Shown here: piece after piece, positions 63,988 through 64,000 of the stretch | Numbering within the stretch: position 1 is the stretch's first letter | Layout: every line of letters starts with the position of its first letter | From: Octopus sinensis | Taxonomy: Eukaryota | DNA: 64,000 bases | Assembly (NCBI RefSeq): GCF_006345805.1 | Contig: NC_043005.1 | Location: 92,008,001 to 92,072,000 of the forward strand | Reading direction: 5' to 3' | Translations under genes and position numbers: made by a program | Notes under the pieces: model-generated | The model's database searches: none | Seen by the model: only the letters and a program-made list of their open reading frames with translations | What the model was told of the DNA's origin: nothing

Positions 63988-64000
63988 TAATAATAATAAT

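Overview
AT-rich, microsatellite-laden eukaryotic DNA. The SINE families and repeat load point to an octopus (coleoid cephalopod); this is my inference from recalled repeat motifs, not a database match. I could not confidently identify any host protein-coding gene. Most ORFs in the supplied track are microsatellite artefacts or transposon remnants. Elements present: an internally deleted Helitron, several Penelope-like elements (PLEs), R4/Dong-type LINE fragments, three mariners, a pogo with an open but probably catalytically dead transposase ORF, MITEs, and at least four SINE-like families. Three signals stand out. (1) About ten minimal type I hammerhead ribozyme (HHR) motifs from at least five repeat families, five of them with an intact fold. 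They include a 353-bp HHR monomer found in two different circular permutations (candidate retrozyme or circular-RNA element) and a tRNA-headed SINE that carries an HHR. (2) A roughly 3.4-kb inversion that splits a pogo, a mariner and a MITE at once; the pieces can be rejoined base by base. (3) A qualitative shift from CpG-decayed repeat copies on the left to CpG-intact copies on the right, suggesting a methylated gene body in the left half. All folds and alignments were done by eye, and outer boundaries of degraded elements are approximate.
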